NCBI GenBank assembly: GCA_963706025.1
Contig: CAVPLM010000005.1
Coordinates: forward strand, 960,001-1,024,000
Length of the DNA: 64,000 nucleotides
Reading direction: 5' to 3'
Origin: an uncultured Actinomycetes bacterium
GTDB lineage: Bacteria > Actinomycetota > Thermoleophilia > RBG-16-64-13
In this document: piece after piece, positions 52,020 through 61,574 of the stretch
Position numbering within the stretch: position 1 is the first letter of the stretch
Layout of the letters: each line of letters begins with the position of its first letter
Program-made: the position numbers and the translations under genes
Notes under the pieces: generated by a model
What the model was told of the DNA's origin: nothing
Database searches by the model: none
What the model saw: only the letters and a program-made list of their open reading frames with translations

Positions 52020-53219
52020 ATGGCCAAAGCATGTCCTACTCCTCGACCCTTCCGAGCGGTCGCCGGGACCGTCGTGTTCCTCACCCTGCTCTTCTTCGTC
52101 ACCTTTCTCGGCCGGCTCATCTTCTCGCCGCTTCTCCCTGCGATAGGAGAGGACATCTCCCTCACCTCTGGCCAGGCCGGGTCGATCTTCTTCGTTGGTT
52201 CCTTCGGCCTGCTGGCCGGCTCGATGGTGGCCGGGTTGCTATCTTCACGGCTGAACCACCGGCGGACGATGCTGTTATCCGTTTTCGGGATCGCAGCCGT
52301 TCTCGCGGTTCTCTTTTTCGTCGACTCGGTCTGGGGACTACGTGGAGCGATGTTCGTCCTGGCGTTCTTCGCCGGGATCCACCTGCCTTCGTCGGTGGCG
52401 ACCATCACAGCCACGGTGCGAGAGCAGGACTGGCCTCGAGCTCTCTCCGTCCAGCAACTCGGCCCCCCGCTGGGGCTGATTGCTGCTCCGCTGGTGGCCG
52501 TCGGACTGTCGCACTGGTTCAGTTGGCAGACCATCTTCGTGTGGGTGGCAGGCCTCGCCTTGGTGCTCAATCTGGGTTTCTTGTTCTTCTTTGGGGGGAT
52601 CGGCTCGTTCCCCGGTGACCCCCCCAGCCCCAGGTTCATCGGGCCTCTGTCCCGCACTCGGTCGTTCTGGCTGATGATCTTCCTGTTTGCCCTGGGCATG
52701 GGGTCTCAGGTGGGGGTCTACACGATGCTGCCCTTGTATCTCTCTGAAGAGCGGGGGATGACGGTCTCCTCGGCCAACACCCTGCTGGGCTTGGCCAACA
52801 TCGCCCCCCTGGTGATGGTGTTCGTCTCGGGCTATATCACCGCACGGATCGGACCGAAGCGCACCATGGCGCTCTTCCTCTTCCTCACCGGGATCGCGGC
52901 GATCCTGGTAGGGAGCCTCTCCGGTCCCGGGCTCATAGTGGCCATCTTCTTCATGCCGGCTTTCGCGGTCGGCTTCTTCCCACCGGCCTTCGCCGCCCTG
53001 TCGCGCATCGTACAGCCCACGCTGCGCAGCTTGGCCGCGGCGCTGGGCCCATCGATGGCCTTCATCCTCGGCGGGGGTCTGCTCCCGCAGGCTCTCGGCT
53101 ACATGGGGCAGGCCTACAGCTTCAGTCTCGGCATCGTCATCACAGGGGTGGTCGTCGCGGTCGGTTCGTGCGCGGCCTTCTTCGTCCACCTCTTGAAGGA
53201 ATTGGAACCCGGCTGCTAG
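52020..53219 (+). CDS. MFS transporter
   Basis: About 12 TM segments; GR.IFSPLLP. Confidence 0.85.
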   Translation: MAKACPTPRPFRAVAGTVVFLTLLFFVTFLGRLIFSPLLPAIGEDISLTSGQAGSIFFVGSFGLLAGSMVAGLLSSRLNHRRTMLLSVFGIAAVLAVLFFVDSVWGLRGAMFVLAFFAGIHLPSSVATITATVREQDWPRALSVQQLGPPLGLIAAPLVAVGLSHWFSWQTIFVWVAGLALVLNLGFLFFFGGIGSFPGDPPSPRFIGPLSRTRSFWLMIFLFALGMGSQVGVYTMLPLYLSEERGMTVSSANTLLGLANIAPLVMVFVSGYITARIGPKRTMALFLFLTGIAAILVGSLSGPGLIVAIFFMPAFAVGFFPPAFAALSRIVQPTLRSLAAALGPSMAFILGGGLLPQALGYMGQAYSFSLGIVITGVVVAVGSCAAFFVHLLKELEPGC

Positions 53220-53319
53220 ACCACCCTCTGGAGCCGGCTCGGCAGCCGGCGGCGGTGGTCGCGCCCTCTCGTGGTAGATTGACTCCCGAACGCGAGACGA
53301 CAATAGCTATCGAGGAGAG

Positions 53320-53817
53320 ATGACATGGCCCAGATCGCACAAGAGCGGGCGAAGGCCGACTGCTCTGGCCCGTTTCGCCGCCACTGGTCCGGAGCACATC
53401 AACTGCGCGCAAGCCGTCGTCGCTTTCGCGCTCGACATGATGGGGGAAGACCCTGATCTGGTGGTGACCGCCGGCTATTTCGGAGGAGGGATAGCGGGGA
53501 TGGGAGAGGCCTGCGGCGCGGTCACGGGAGCGGCCCTGGCTCTGGGCCTGCGCGACTACTGCAGGAAGGGAATCGTCGTCGATGGCCCGAACCCGACTCC
53601 CGATCTCCTGAAAGGGCTGATGCGCGACTTCGCCGGTCAGTTTGGATCTCGGCGGTGTGGAGAACTCACCGGCCACGATCTGAGCACGCCCGAGGGATTC
53701 GAGTTGTTCCATAAGAGCGAGATCCGCGACAGGTGCCCGCTCTACGTCGGCTGGGTCTGCGACCGCTTGGCACCCCTTCTGGTCGAGCAGGAAACGCCCG
53801 CTCCACCCAGCGAGTAA
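53320..53817 (+). CDS. C_GCAxxG_C_C family putative redox protein
   Basis: NCAQAV, FGGG, CGAVTG and two further Cys. Confidence 0.88.
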   Translation: MTWPRSHKSGRRPTALARFAATGPEHINCAQAVVAFALDMMGEDPDLVVTAGYFGGGIAGMGEACGAVTGAALALGLRDYCRKGIVVDGPNPTPDLLKGLMRDFAGQFGSRRCGELTGHDLSTPEGFELFHKSEIRDRCPLYVGWVCDRLAPLLVEQETPAPPSE

Positions 53818-53859
53818 TCGGGTAGGGGCCGGGCTCACCCCGGCACCTCCCACAACGCC

Positions 53860-54055
53860 GGAGGCCGCCCCGATAACGGGACGGCCTCCACAAGCTCTTA
53901 TGAAGCGCTGCGACCCCGAAGGCGCCGTCGGAAGGCGTCAGTCGGGAATCCAACGACTAAAGGCGAGCGCCACCTCCGGTCCAATGGCCGCTGCGCTTAC
54001 TAGGCATGCTGTCTATTGGGACCACCTCCTTTCCACGCTTGATGAGATTCTAGCA
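53860..54055 (-). ncRNA. Putative small RNA or small-peptide transcription unit
   Basis: TGcTAGAAT extended -10, GAAAGGAGGTGGTCC, 16-codon ORF, 13-bp terminal hairpin. Confidence 0.45.
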
Positions 54056-54131
54056 AACGGGACCGCGGCCTACCAGAGGTGTGTGGGCGGCGGGAGCCAA
54101 GTGACAGACGACGGCCCATACGCCGCGTACG

Positions 54132-55103
54132 CTATCCTCGACCGGGCGATGACTTTCGCGGCCAATCATCTTTCAGAAGGCGCGACAGAGCTCGATCGGC
54201 CAGGATACGGCCCTTGGTCTGGCAGCCGGGACAGTAGTCACATTCGTTTTCCGCGTACACGATGCGCTGGACGGCTGCTCCGCAGTCAGGGCATGGAGAG
54301 CCGAAGCGTCCGTGCACCGCCATCTCGGGGCGAAAGGCCGTGACCTTTTCGGGAAAGCCTTCCCGAGCCTCGGCCCGCAGCCGTTCGGTCCATTCCTCCA
54401 GCACCTCCACGGCTGCCGCATGGAGTCCGGCCACCTCTGCCGCCTCCAAGGCCTTGGTCTGCTTGAGGGGAGACATTCGAGCCCGATGAAGGATCTCGTC
54501 CGAATAGGCGTTGCCGATCCCGCTGATCGTGTGAGGATCGGTAAGGGCCCGCTTGACAGTCCGATTCTCACGCCGAAGGGCCGCCTCGAACTCCTCCAGA
54601 CTCGAGCCGATGATCTCCAGCCCGCCGGGGTCGAGATCCGCGAGAGCATCCCGGCCCTTGACCAGGCGAAGAGAGGCCCGTCGTTTCTTGCCGGCCTCGG
54701 TGAGGATCAAGCTGCCGGTGGCGAAGTCGAAGGCGGCCAGCCCCGAGCCCTTGGGAACCGGAGATCGCGCCTCTTTCCAGTGCAACCGGCCGGCGATCAT
54801 CAGGTGCAGCACGAGAAAGAGGGGGACGTCATGTTTGGGGTCTGCGGGCGCGGGGGCTACGGCGACGGTAGCCGTGGAGTCGGGCACGACGGTCGCCTGG
54901 CCGGGCGCGGCCGTCACCTCGAAGACGATGCGCTTGCCCAACCGTTCGATCGCCGCGACACGGCCCCCGGCCACGGCCTCCAGCGGAGGGTCGACCGTGC
55001 GCAGCAAGAAAGGATTGGCCAGTCGGATCCCCAGCAGAGTCTCGCCCAGGATCCGAGGCCTCAGGGCTTCGATGTAGGCTTCGATGTCGGGTATCTCGGG
55101 CAT
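54132..55103 (-). CDS. Fpg/Nei family DNA glycosylase
   Basis: N-terminal PE.P, R.GK, HLMIAG, GIGNAYSDEIL, CxxC..CxxCQ zinc finger. Confidence 0.92.
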   Translation of the reverse strand: MPEIPDIEAYIEALRPRILGETLLGIRLANPFLLRTVDPPLEAVAGGRVAAIERLGKRIVFEVTAAPGQATVVPDSTATVAVAPAPADPKHDVPLFLVLHLMIAGRLHWKEARSPVPKGSGLAAFDFATGSLILTEAGKKRRASLRLVKGRDALADLDPGGLEIIGSSLEEFEAALRRENRTVKRALTDPHTISGIGNAYSDEILHRARMSPLKQTKALEAAEVAGLHAAAVEVLEEWTERLRAEAREGFPEKVTAFRPEMAVHGRFGSPCPDCGAAVQRIVYAENECDYCPGCQTKGRILADRALSRLLKDDWPRKSSPGRG

Positions 55104-55153
55104 CGGAGATCGCGACCAGTATAGCCGCGCACCCGAGGCTGTATCCTGGCTGC

Positions 55154-56437
55154 ATGAAGCGATGCCTGACCACGTGGTGCATCATCGCCTGCCTTTGCGG
55201 CGCGGTGATGACGAGTTGCGACGGTCTCTCGGACGCCGGCCCGTCTGCCGCGGAGACACAGGCGAGCACCGCCCCGACGCCTGCGGCGACGGAGGCGGCG
55301 GCCGCGGCCACCTCGACCACCACGCTCCCGGCCACGACGACGACGTTGCCGTCTCCCGCGGAAGTGCTGTTGGCCGATATGACTCTGCGCCAGAAGGCGG
55401 CCCAGGTCCTGCTGCTCGCCATCGACGGGACCACCCTCTCCACGAGCACCCAGGAGCTGCTGGCCGAGGGTCCCCCGGGCGGGATCCTACTCCTGGGACG
55501 TAACGTGCAAGGAGCAGAGCAGACGCGCAGATTCACAGAAGATCTGCAGAAGGCAGCCGCGTCTGGCGGGTCGGGGATCGGGCTGTTCATCGCCGTGGAC
55601 CAAGAGGGTGGGCTCGTCCAACGTATCCACGAAGGCGTACCCGAAGTCCCACGGGCTCGAAAGCTCGGAGAGACCTCCTCCCCGGAGGAGGCAGCTCTCC
55701 TGGCGGTGGAGACGGCTCAAGGGCTCCTCGCTCTCGGGGTGAACATGAACCTGGCGCCCGTGGCGGATGTGGTCGCCGACCAGGGTTCGTTCCTGTACCA
55801 AAGGAGTTACGGAGGAGAGGTGGGACTCGTCTCCGGATTCGTCACCGCGGTCGCCGAAGCCTACGCCGACAACGGATTGATCTCGGTGGTGAAGCACTTC
55901 CCCGGTCACGGCAGCGCCTCCGGCAACACCCACGGGGAGGCGGTCATCTCGAACGCCACCCAGGCCGAGTTCGAGACCGTCCACCTGCCGCCGTTCCGGG
56001 CCGCCATCGACGCCGGAGCCGAGGGGGTCATGATGGCTCACATCATCGCCACCGCTTACGATGCCGAGGAACCCGCGTCTCGATCCGCCGCCGTCATCGA
56101 AGGGTTGCTGCGTGACGAGTTGGGCTTCACCGGCCTCGCGATATCGGACGACCTGGAGATGGCCGCAGCGACCGCGTCGGCAGCGGCCGGTTCGGGAGCC
56201 GAGGCCGAGGCAGGACAGGCGACTGCGCTCGGGAAGGCGGCGGTAGCCGCGCTCAACGCCGGCTGTGATCTCCTCATCTGCACTGGCACCCTTGCCCGGA
56301 ACTTGGAGTTGCTGGACGCCATCGTCGCCGCCGTCGAAACCAGCGCGGTGTCTTCGGCCAGGCTCGACGAAGCCGTTTTGAGGGTGCTCGAGCTCAAACT
56401 CCGCCACGAGATAGTGGGACCCCCGCTCGCGCCCTGA
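55154..56437 (+). CDS. nagZ: GH3 beta-N-acetylhexosaminidase, secreted/lipoprotein
   Basis: DQEGG, NLAPVAD, KHFPGHG, SDDLEM. Confidence 0.85.
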   Translation: MKRCLTTWCIIACLCGAVMTSCDGLSDAGPSAAETQASTAPTPAATEAAAAATSTTTLPATTTTLPSPAEVLLADMTLRQKAAQVLLLAIDGTTLSTSTQELLAEGPPGGILLLGRNVQGAEQTRRFTEDLQKAAASGGSGIGLFIAVDQEGGLVQRIHEGVPEVPRARKLGETSSPEEAALLAVETAQGLLALGVNMNLAPVADVVADQGSFLYQRSYGGEVGLVSGFVTAVAEAYADNGLISVVKHFPGHGSASGNTHGEAVISNATQAEFETVHLPPFRAAIDAGAEGVMMAHIIATAYDAEEPASRSAAVIEGLLRDELGFTGLAISDDLEMAAATASAAAGSGAEAEAGQATALGKAAVAALNAGCDLLICTGTLARNLELLDAIVAAVETSAVSSARLDEAVLRVLELKLRHEIVGPPLAP

Positions 56438-56557
56438 CCGTGAGCCCTGTTACCATGGGGCCGCTTGCCGGCCCGGTGCCAAGAGAAGGAGCTGGGTATG
56501 GATGTGCGCTTCCTCAACGCTTCACGGACCAAGTCGACCCGACTGTTGAAGTCAGGC

Positions 56558-57094
56558 ATGCTGATAGCCTGTGTTTCTTGCGCCTTCACCCTGCTGCTCT
56601 TGGCCGCATGCGGGGGTGACGACTCCAACTCCAGCACTGCCACCACCTCGGGCGGCGACTCCGCGTCGACCACAGTCCAGGCTGCGGAGATGACTCCGGA
56701 CGAATTGGGAGATGCCGCCGTCGCCACCTGGAGCGAAGCCATGCAGGAACTGGTCGCCCTCTTGGAGAGCAAGCCGGAGGCCGCGACCATCCAGAGCCAG
56801 GTGGAGCAGCTGAAAGAGACATACGTCGTCAAGTTGGTGGCGCTCGGACGGTTGAGAGAGGCGCTCTCCGACAGTGACAAAGCAAAGGTGAGTTCTGGCA
56901 TCACGGCGGGATTGGAGGCTACCGCAGACGAGCCCTGGTTCATGAGCTACATGGAGATCTACGACGGTTACTCGGACGGCGACCTGGGATTCGCGAACCT
57001 TCTGGCTTCCTTCAACATCCTCACCCAGTATGCCGACTTCGAGCTGCTGAAACAGCAGGCTCCGGAGGAGGCTGCCCGCCTAGGAATCGAGTAG
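56558..57094 (+). CDS. Hypothetical lipoprotein
   Basis: Lipobox LAAC followed by a Ser/Thr linker; start could be 56498. Confidence 0.6.
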   Translation: MLIACVSCAFTLLLLAACGGDDSNSSTATTSGGDSASTTVQAAEMTPDELGDAAVATWSEAMQELVALLESKPEAATIQSQVEQLKETYVVKLVALGRLREALSDSDKAKVSSGITAGLEATADEPWFMSYMEIYDGYSDGDLGFANLLASFNILTQYADFELLKQQAPEEAARLGIE

Positions 57095-57160
57095 CGTCCG
57101 CGGCGAGCAGGCCTCTGTTCCGGTCAGGCCGAGCGTCGACCGGCCCAGCCGTCACCGAAA

Positions 57161-57202
57161 GGCGGCGGGGGCGCGCCCGTATGGGCGCGCCCCCGCCGTT
57201 TC
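57161..57202. terminator. Strong hairpin between convergent genes
   Basis: ggcggcgggggcgcgccc-gtat-gggcgcgcccccgccgtt. Confidence 0.75.
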
Positions 57203-57291
57203 CCCCCGGTAGTCCACGCACGAGTCGCTGACAACGCCGGTTCACCGGCGAACTCCTCTTGGTCGAGCGCCTCTTGGTCAAGCGCCCTGGG

Positions 57292-58893
57292 TCAACTATC
57301 GAGTATCTTCTCGGCCTCTTCTTTGAAGGCGTCCATCACGTACTGGATGCCCGATACCTTGGCCGCATCTTCGGTAAGGGCGATCACGTCGCTCCGGTTC
57401 ATAGTGTCGAGGCGGAAGCTACGGGCGCCGGCCATGAACTGGGTCAGACCGGTGCGCAGTTTGTCCACGAAGGTGTAGATGGCTACGGCGCCCAGCGGGA
57501 TCTTGTCCATCCTGGCACCGTATTTGTCCTTGAGAGTCGAGTGTGTAACGAAGATCTCCTCAGGCGTCTGGCCATACTTCTTGACCGGCGTCGGCAGTTC
57601 GTTCCACAGGCCCTGACGACTTCCATCGCCCACCACGCCCTCGATGTTGCTGCCCACGAAACCGGGGATCATGAGGGCCCGGCCCATGCACACCGCTTTG
57701 AAGTAGGGGGCCCCCATGGCCAGCACCTTGAAGATGTGGTCCTCGGTAGAGAAACCGCCGGCCATGGCCAGGTCGGGAGTCCACTCGCCCCGGGTGGCCA
57801 GGCGTTTCGCGCACTCATAGGCCATGGCCTGCAGGTAGAAGGTGGGCACGCCCCACTCCTCCATCATGCGCCACGGGCTCATGCCGGTGCCGCCACCGGA
57901 GCCATCGATGGTGACCAGGTCGACCCGCGCCTTGGACGACCACTTGATAGCCCGCGCCAGCTCCGGATATCCGTAAGCTCCGGTCTTGAGTGTGACCCGT
58001 TTCACTCCCAGGCTCCGGCGCAGTTGCTCGACCGAGCGCAGGAACTGCTCCTCGTCGATGAAACCCAGCCGGGAATGACGTTCGAACTCCTTGATCCCTC
58101 CGCTCTCGAAGGCCCTGCGCACCGCCGGGAGGCTCGGATTGGGAGTGATGATGTAGCCGCGTTTCTGCAACTCGATCGCGCGGTCCAGATCGCGGATCTT
58201 GATCTCGCCACCGATGCACTTGGCTCCCTGGCCCCACTTGAGCTCGATGGTCTCCACTCCGAGCTTCTCGACCACGTATTCAGCCACGCCGAAAACGGTG
58301 TCTTCCACGTTGAGCTGGACGATGATGTCACCGAAATCCTCTTGCCACTGCTTGTAGATCTTGATCCGCCGCTCCATCTCGGGCGACCGCTTGATTCGAC
58401 CGTCTTTGTAGAATTCGGCCGCCGGATCAATACCACAGACGTTCTCGCCTACTACCAGGGAAATGCCTGAGATAGCCGCACCGATGGCGAACGTCTCCCA
58501 GTACTTCCGGGCAACGTCGGTCGAGCCGAGCGCACCGGTGAAGACAGGCATGCGCATGCGCACCGGGTGCATGTGACCGTAGACGGCGGTCGTGTCGACC
58601 ACGGGGAAGATCGCCTTGTTAGGGTTGGCTTCGTCGATAGCCTTTGCCCCCATCGCGAAGCCGAGGATATTGAGATGCGAGTAATCCACGGGGAACTGCT
58701 TGTCCCCACCGGCGGTCATCTCGCCGAAGGGACCCGGGTACACCACTTCGCGCCCGCGGAAGGACGACCTGAACACGTCGCAGTTGCCCTGACAGTCGGC
58801 CATGCAACGCGTGCAAACCCCGGAACTCGCCACGTCGCGCGAGCGGTTCCTGGTGTCGAGCGCCTCACTGGATCCGGTGTGTGAGAAGTTCAT
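57292..58893 (-). CDS. Stand-alone FMN-binding glutamate synthase family protein
   Basis: GALGST, ELKWGQGAKCIGGE, LKTG, DGSGGGTG, CMGRA. Confidence 0.88.
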   Translation of the reverse strand: MNFSHTGSSEALDTRNRSRDVASSGVCTRCMADCQGNCDVFRSSFRGREVVYPGPFGEMTAGGDKQFPVDYSHLNILGFAMGAKAIDEANPNKAIFPVVDTTAVYGHMHPVRMRMPVFTGALGSTDVARKYWETFAIGAAISGISLVVGENVCGIDPAAEFYKDGRIKRSPEMERRIKIYKQWQEDFGDIIVQLNVEDTVFGVAEYVVEKLGVETIELKWGQGAKCIGGEIKIRDLDRAIELQKRGYIITPNPSLPAVRRAFESGGIKEFERHSRLGFIDEEQFLRSVEQLRRSLGVKRVTLKTGAYGYPELARAIKWSSKARVDLVTIDGSGGGTGMSPWRMMEEWGVPTFYLQAMAYECAKRLATRGEWTPDLAMAGGFSTEDHIFKVLAMGAPYFKAVCMGRALMIPGFVGSNIEGVVGDGSRQGLWNELPTPVKKYGQTPEEIFVTHSTLKDKYGARMDKIPLGAVAIYTFVDKLRTGLTQFMAGARSFRLDTMNRSDVIALTEDAAKVSGIQYVMDAFKEEAEKILDS

Positions 58894-59060
58894 TCGGCTA
58901 GACCTCCTGCCTGAGTTGCCACCCTGCCGGCACATGCCGCCCTCTGCCGGTACGAACCTGCCGCGTACAAGCAAGGCGGAAAGATTCTATTCTAGTGGCT
59001 GACTAATCATGCACAATCGCCAACTGTACAAAGACTGAGGCCATTTCCCTGGTCAAAAGT

Positions 59061-59813
59061 CTAGTTGCCCCGAGAATGCGCCGCTATGAACTCCAGGGTG
59101 CCTGCGAAGATGCGCTCCTTGTCATGGTCCATCGTGGCCACGTGATAGGAATCGCGCAGCTCGATCATCGTCTTGTCGGTGGACGAAATCGCCCCGTAGA
59201 GCTCGCGCTGGTTCGCCGGAGGAACCACGTGGTCGATGACCGACGAGAAGACAAGAGCCGGGCAGCGGACGAGGGGAATATCCCGACGAACTTCGGCAAG
59301 GAGCAGGGCGAGCTGCCGAGCAGAACGCGCGGGGATCCGGTCGTACGCCTTCTCGTCCACCCCCGCCAGCTTAGTGTCGTTGCCGATGGCTTTCACCCAC
59401 CGGGGTCGCCCGATCAAGCCCAGAAAGTGCATCGTGCGCTCCTGCGGGTGCCGCACTATTGCGTTCACCGTGATCAAGCCGGCCACCTCAGGATGACGCT
59501 CGACCAGCCATAGGGCCAGCGTACCTCCCATCGAGAGGCCGAACGCGAAGATCTCGTCCGATCGCTCTCGCAGCCAGGCGCATGCCTGTTCGACATCCGC
59601 GGTCCATTCCGTCCAACGGGAGCTCTCCATCGCCTCGGCCGTAAGACCGTGGCCGGCAAGGAGGGGCAGCGCCACCGTGTAGCCCGCCCCTACCAACCGG
59701 AGAGCCATCTCCTGGACCGAACGGGGCGATCCGCCGAAGCCATGGCAAACAAGCACCCCGACCCGACCCCTGTCGCCGGATCCCACCGTGAAGAGAGCCT
59801 CGTTCCATTCCAT
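59061..59813 (-). CDS. Alpha/beta hydrolase carboxylesterase (monoacylglycerol lipase-like)
   Basis: HGFGG, GLSMGG, DHVV, SYHV. Confidence 0.88.
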   Translation of the reverse strand: MEWNEALFTVGSGDRGRVGVLVCHGFGGSPRSVQEMALRLVGAGYTVALPLLAGHGLTAEAMESSRWTEWTADVEQACAWLRERSDEIFAFGLSMGGTLALWLVERHPEVAGLITVNAIVRHPQERTMHFLGLIGRPRWVKAIGNDTKLAGVDEKAYDRIPARSARQLALLLAEVRRDIPLVRCPALVFSSVIDHVVPPANQRELYGAISSTDKTMIELRDSYHVATMDHDKERIFAGTLEFIAAHSRGN

Positions 59814-59965
59814 CCCGAGCCGCCTCCAGCCCCGGCCGCGCCGGGCTTGCTCGATACGTGCTCACTGCCCTATTGTACGGGCATCAGCCTCGGGCCGCAG
59901 TCGCGCATAGCGCGAGCGGGTCGCACGATCTCGGGCGCAGGCGTCGCCGATACAAGGGAGGCCGG

Positions 59966-61531
59966 ACGGCAGGCAGACCCAAAGCAGTGATGGCGCTAGA
60001 CCAGGGGACCACGAGTTCCCGGGCGATCGTCTTCGGCCATGACGGCACCATCTTGGGGGCCGCACAGGAGGCGTTTCCCCAGCACTATCCGGAGCCCGGT
60101 TGGGTAGAGCACGACCCCGAAGACATCTGGGGGACCCAGCTCCGCTCGTGCCGGGCCGCCCTCGAACGGGCGGGTATCGGCGCCGCAGATCTGGCAGCCA
60201 TCGGCATCGCCAACCAGCGGGAGACGGTCCTCCTCTGGGATGCAGAGAACGGCGCTCCCTTGGGAAACGCCATCGTGTGGCAGTGCCGCCGGACGGCGGA
60301 CCGCTGCGCGGAACTGAGGGAGGCGGGGCTCGAGCCGGTCATCGAAGCCCGGACGGGGCTCCGGCTCGACCCCTACTTCAGCGCCACCAAGATCGGGTGG
60401 CTACTCGCGAACAGGCCTGGCGCTTCCGACCTGCTGGCGCGCGGCCGTCTGCGGGCGGGGACGATCGACAGCTTCCTCCTCTGGCGACTCACCGCCGGTC
60501 GACACCACATGACCGACCACAGTAATGCTTCCCGGACCATGCTGCTCGACCTGCACGGCCTCGAGTGGGCGGAAGACCTGCTCGATCTGTTCGGTATCCC
60601 CCGTTCGATCCTGCCGAGTGTGTGCCCTTCGTCGGCCGTGATCGGAGCGACCGAGCCGGCGTGGCTGGGAGCCGCGGTGCCCATCGCCGGCGTAGTAGGG
60701 GATCAGCAGGCGGCCCTCTTCGGGCAGGGCGGCCTCGACACGGGCGACTGCAAGAACACTTACGGGACAGGCTGCTTCTTGCTCATGAACGTCGGCTCCC
60801 GTCCTGCCCGACCGGAGCACGGTTTGCTGTCCACAGTGGCGTGGAGCCTGGGTCCGGGCTTGCGCGACGCCGGAGAGGGGGGCGCCGCGCAGGCGGGCGC
60901 CGCGCAAGACGGCGCCGGCGGAGGCGCGGTCGCGTACGCGCTCGAAGGCTCCGTGTTCATGGCCGGCGGGGCGGTCCAATGGCTGCGCGACGCCTTGGGG
61001 ATCGTCGACTCGTCCGCCGACGTTGGGCCGCTCGCGGCGCAGGCGCTTGACAACGGCGGGGTCTACTTCGTGCCCGCCCTGACGGGACTCGGGGCCCCGT
61101 ATTGGGACCCTTATGCCCGGGGCCTGCTGATCGGTCTCACTCGCGGTAACAGGCCCGAGCACCTCGCCAGAGCTACCGAAGAGGCCATCTGCTTCCAGAC
61201 CCGGGCAGTGCTCGATGCCATGCGCGAGACCTCGGGGGCCGACGTCGCCGGATTGCGAGCCGACGGGGGGGCGGCCGGCGACGATTTCCTCCTGCAACTA
61301 CAGGCCGACGTACTGGGCATCCCCGTGAGCCGGCCGCGCATCCTCGAGACCACCGCGCTGGGAGCCGCGGCGCTGGCGGGCCTGGCGGTCGGTTTCTGGT
61401 CGGAGACCGACGTCGGCCGGCTGGCGGGCACCGACCTCGTCTTCACGCCCCGCATGGATCCCGGCGAGCGCGAACGCCTCTATCGAGAGTGGCAGAGGGC
61501 CGTCGAGAGAACGCTGGGCTGGACTCGGTAG
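59966..61531 (+). CDS. glpK: Glycerol kinase
   Basis: DQGTTSSR, NQRET, WQCRR, YFSATK, GDQQAALFGQ, KNTYGTG; start is uncertain (59966 to 59990). Confidence 0.93.
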   Translation, partial: TAGRPKAVMALDQGTTSSRAIVFGHDGTILGAAQEAFPQHYPEPGWVEHDPEDIWGTQLRSCRAALERAGIGAADLAAIGIANQRETVLLWDAENGAPLGNAIVWQCRRTADRCAELREAGLEPVIEARTGLRLDPYFSATKIGWLLANRPGASDLLARGRLRAGTIDSFLLWRLTAGRHHMTDHSNASRTMLLDLHGLEWAEDLLDLFGIPRSILPSVCPSSAVIGATEPAWLGAAVPIAGVVGDQQAALFGQGGLDTGDCKNTYGTGCFLLMNVGSRPARPEHGLLSTVAWSLGPGLRDAGEGGAAQAGAAQDGAGGGAVAYALEGSVFMAGGAVQWLRDALGIVDSSADVGPLAAQALDNGGVYFVPALTGLGAPYWDPYARGLLIGLTRGNRPEHLARATEEAICFQTRAVLDAMRETSGADVAGLRADGGAAGDDFLLQLQADVLGIPVSRPRILETTALGAAALAGLAVGFWSETDVGRLAGTDLVFTPRMDPGERERLYREWQRAVERTLGWTR

Positions 61532-61574
61532 GTGGGCGGCGGCAGGCGATCCGGGCCGGCCGCCACCGCCCCGG

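Noticed and set aside
54019-54033. Fragment of a 16S rRNA gene
   Set aside because: The similarity is limited to 15 nt and the flanks show no rRNA sequence
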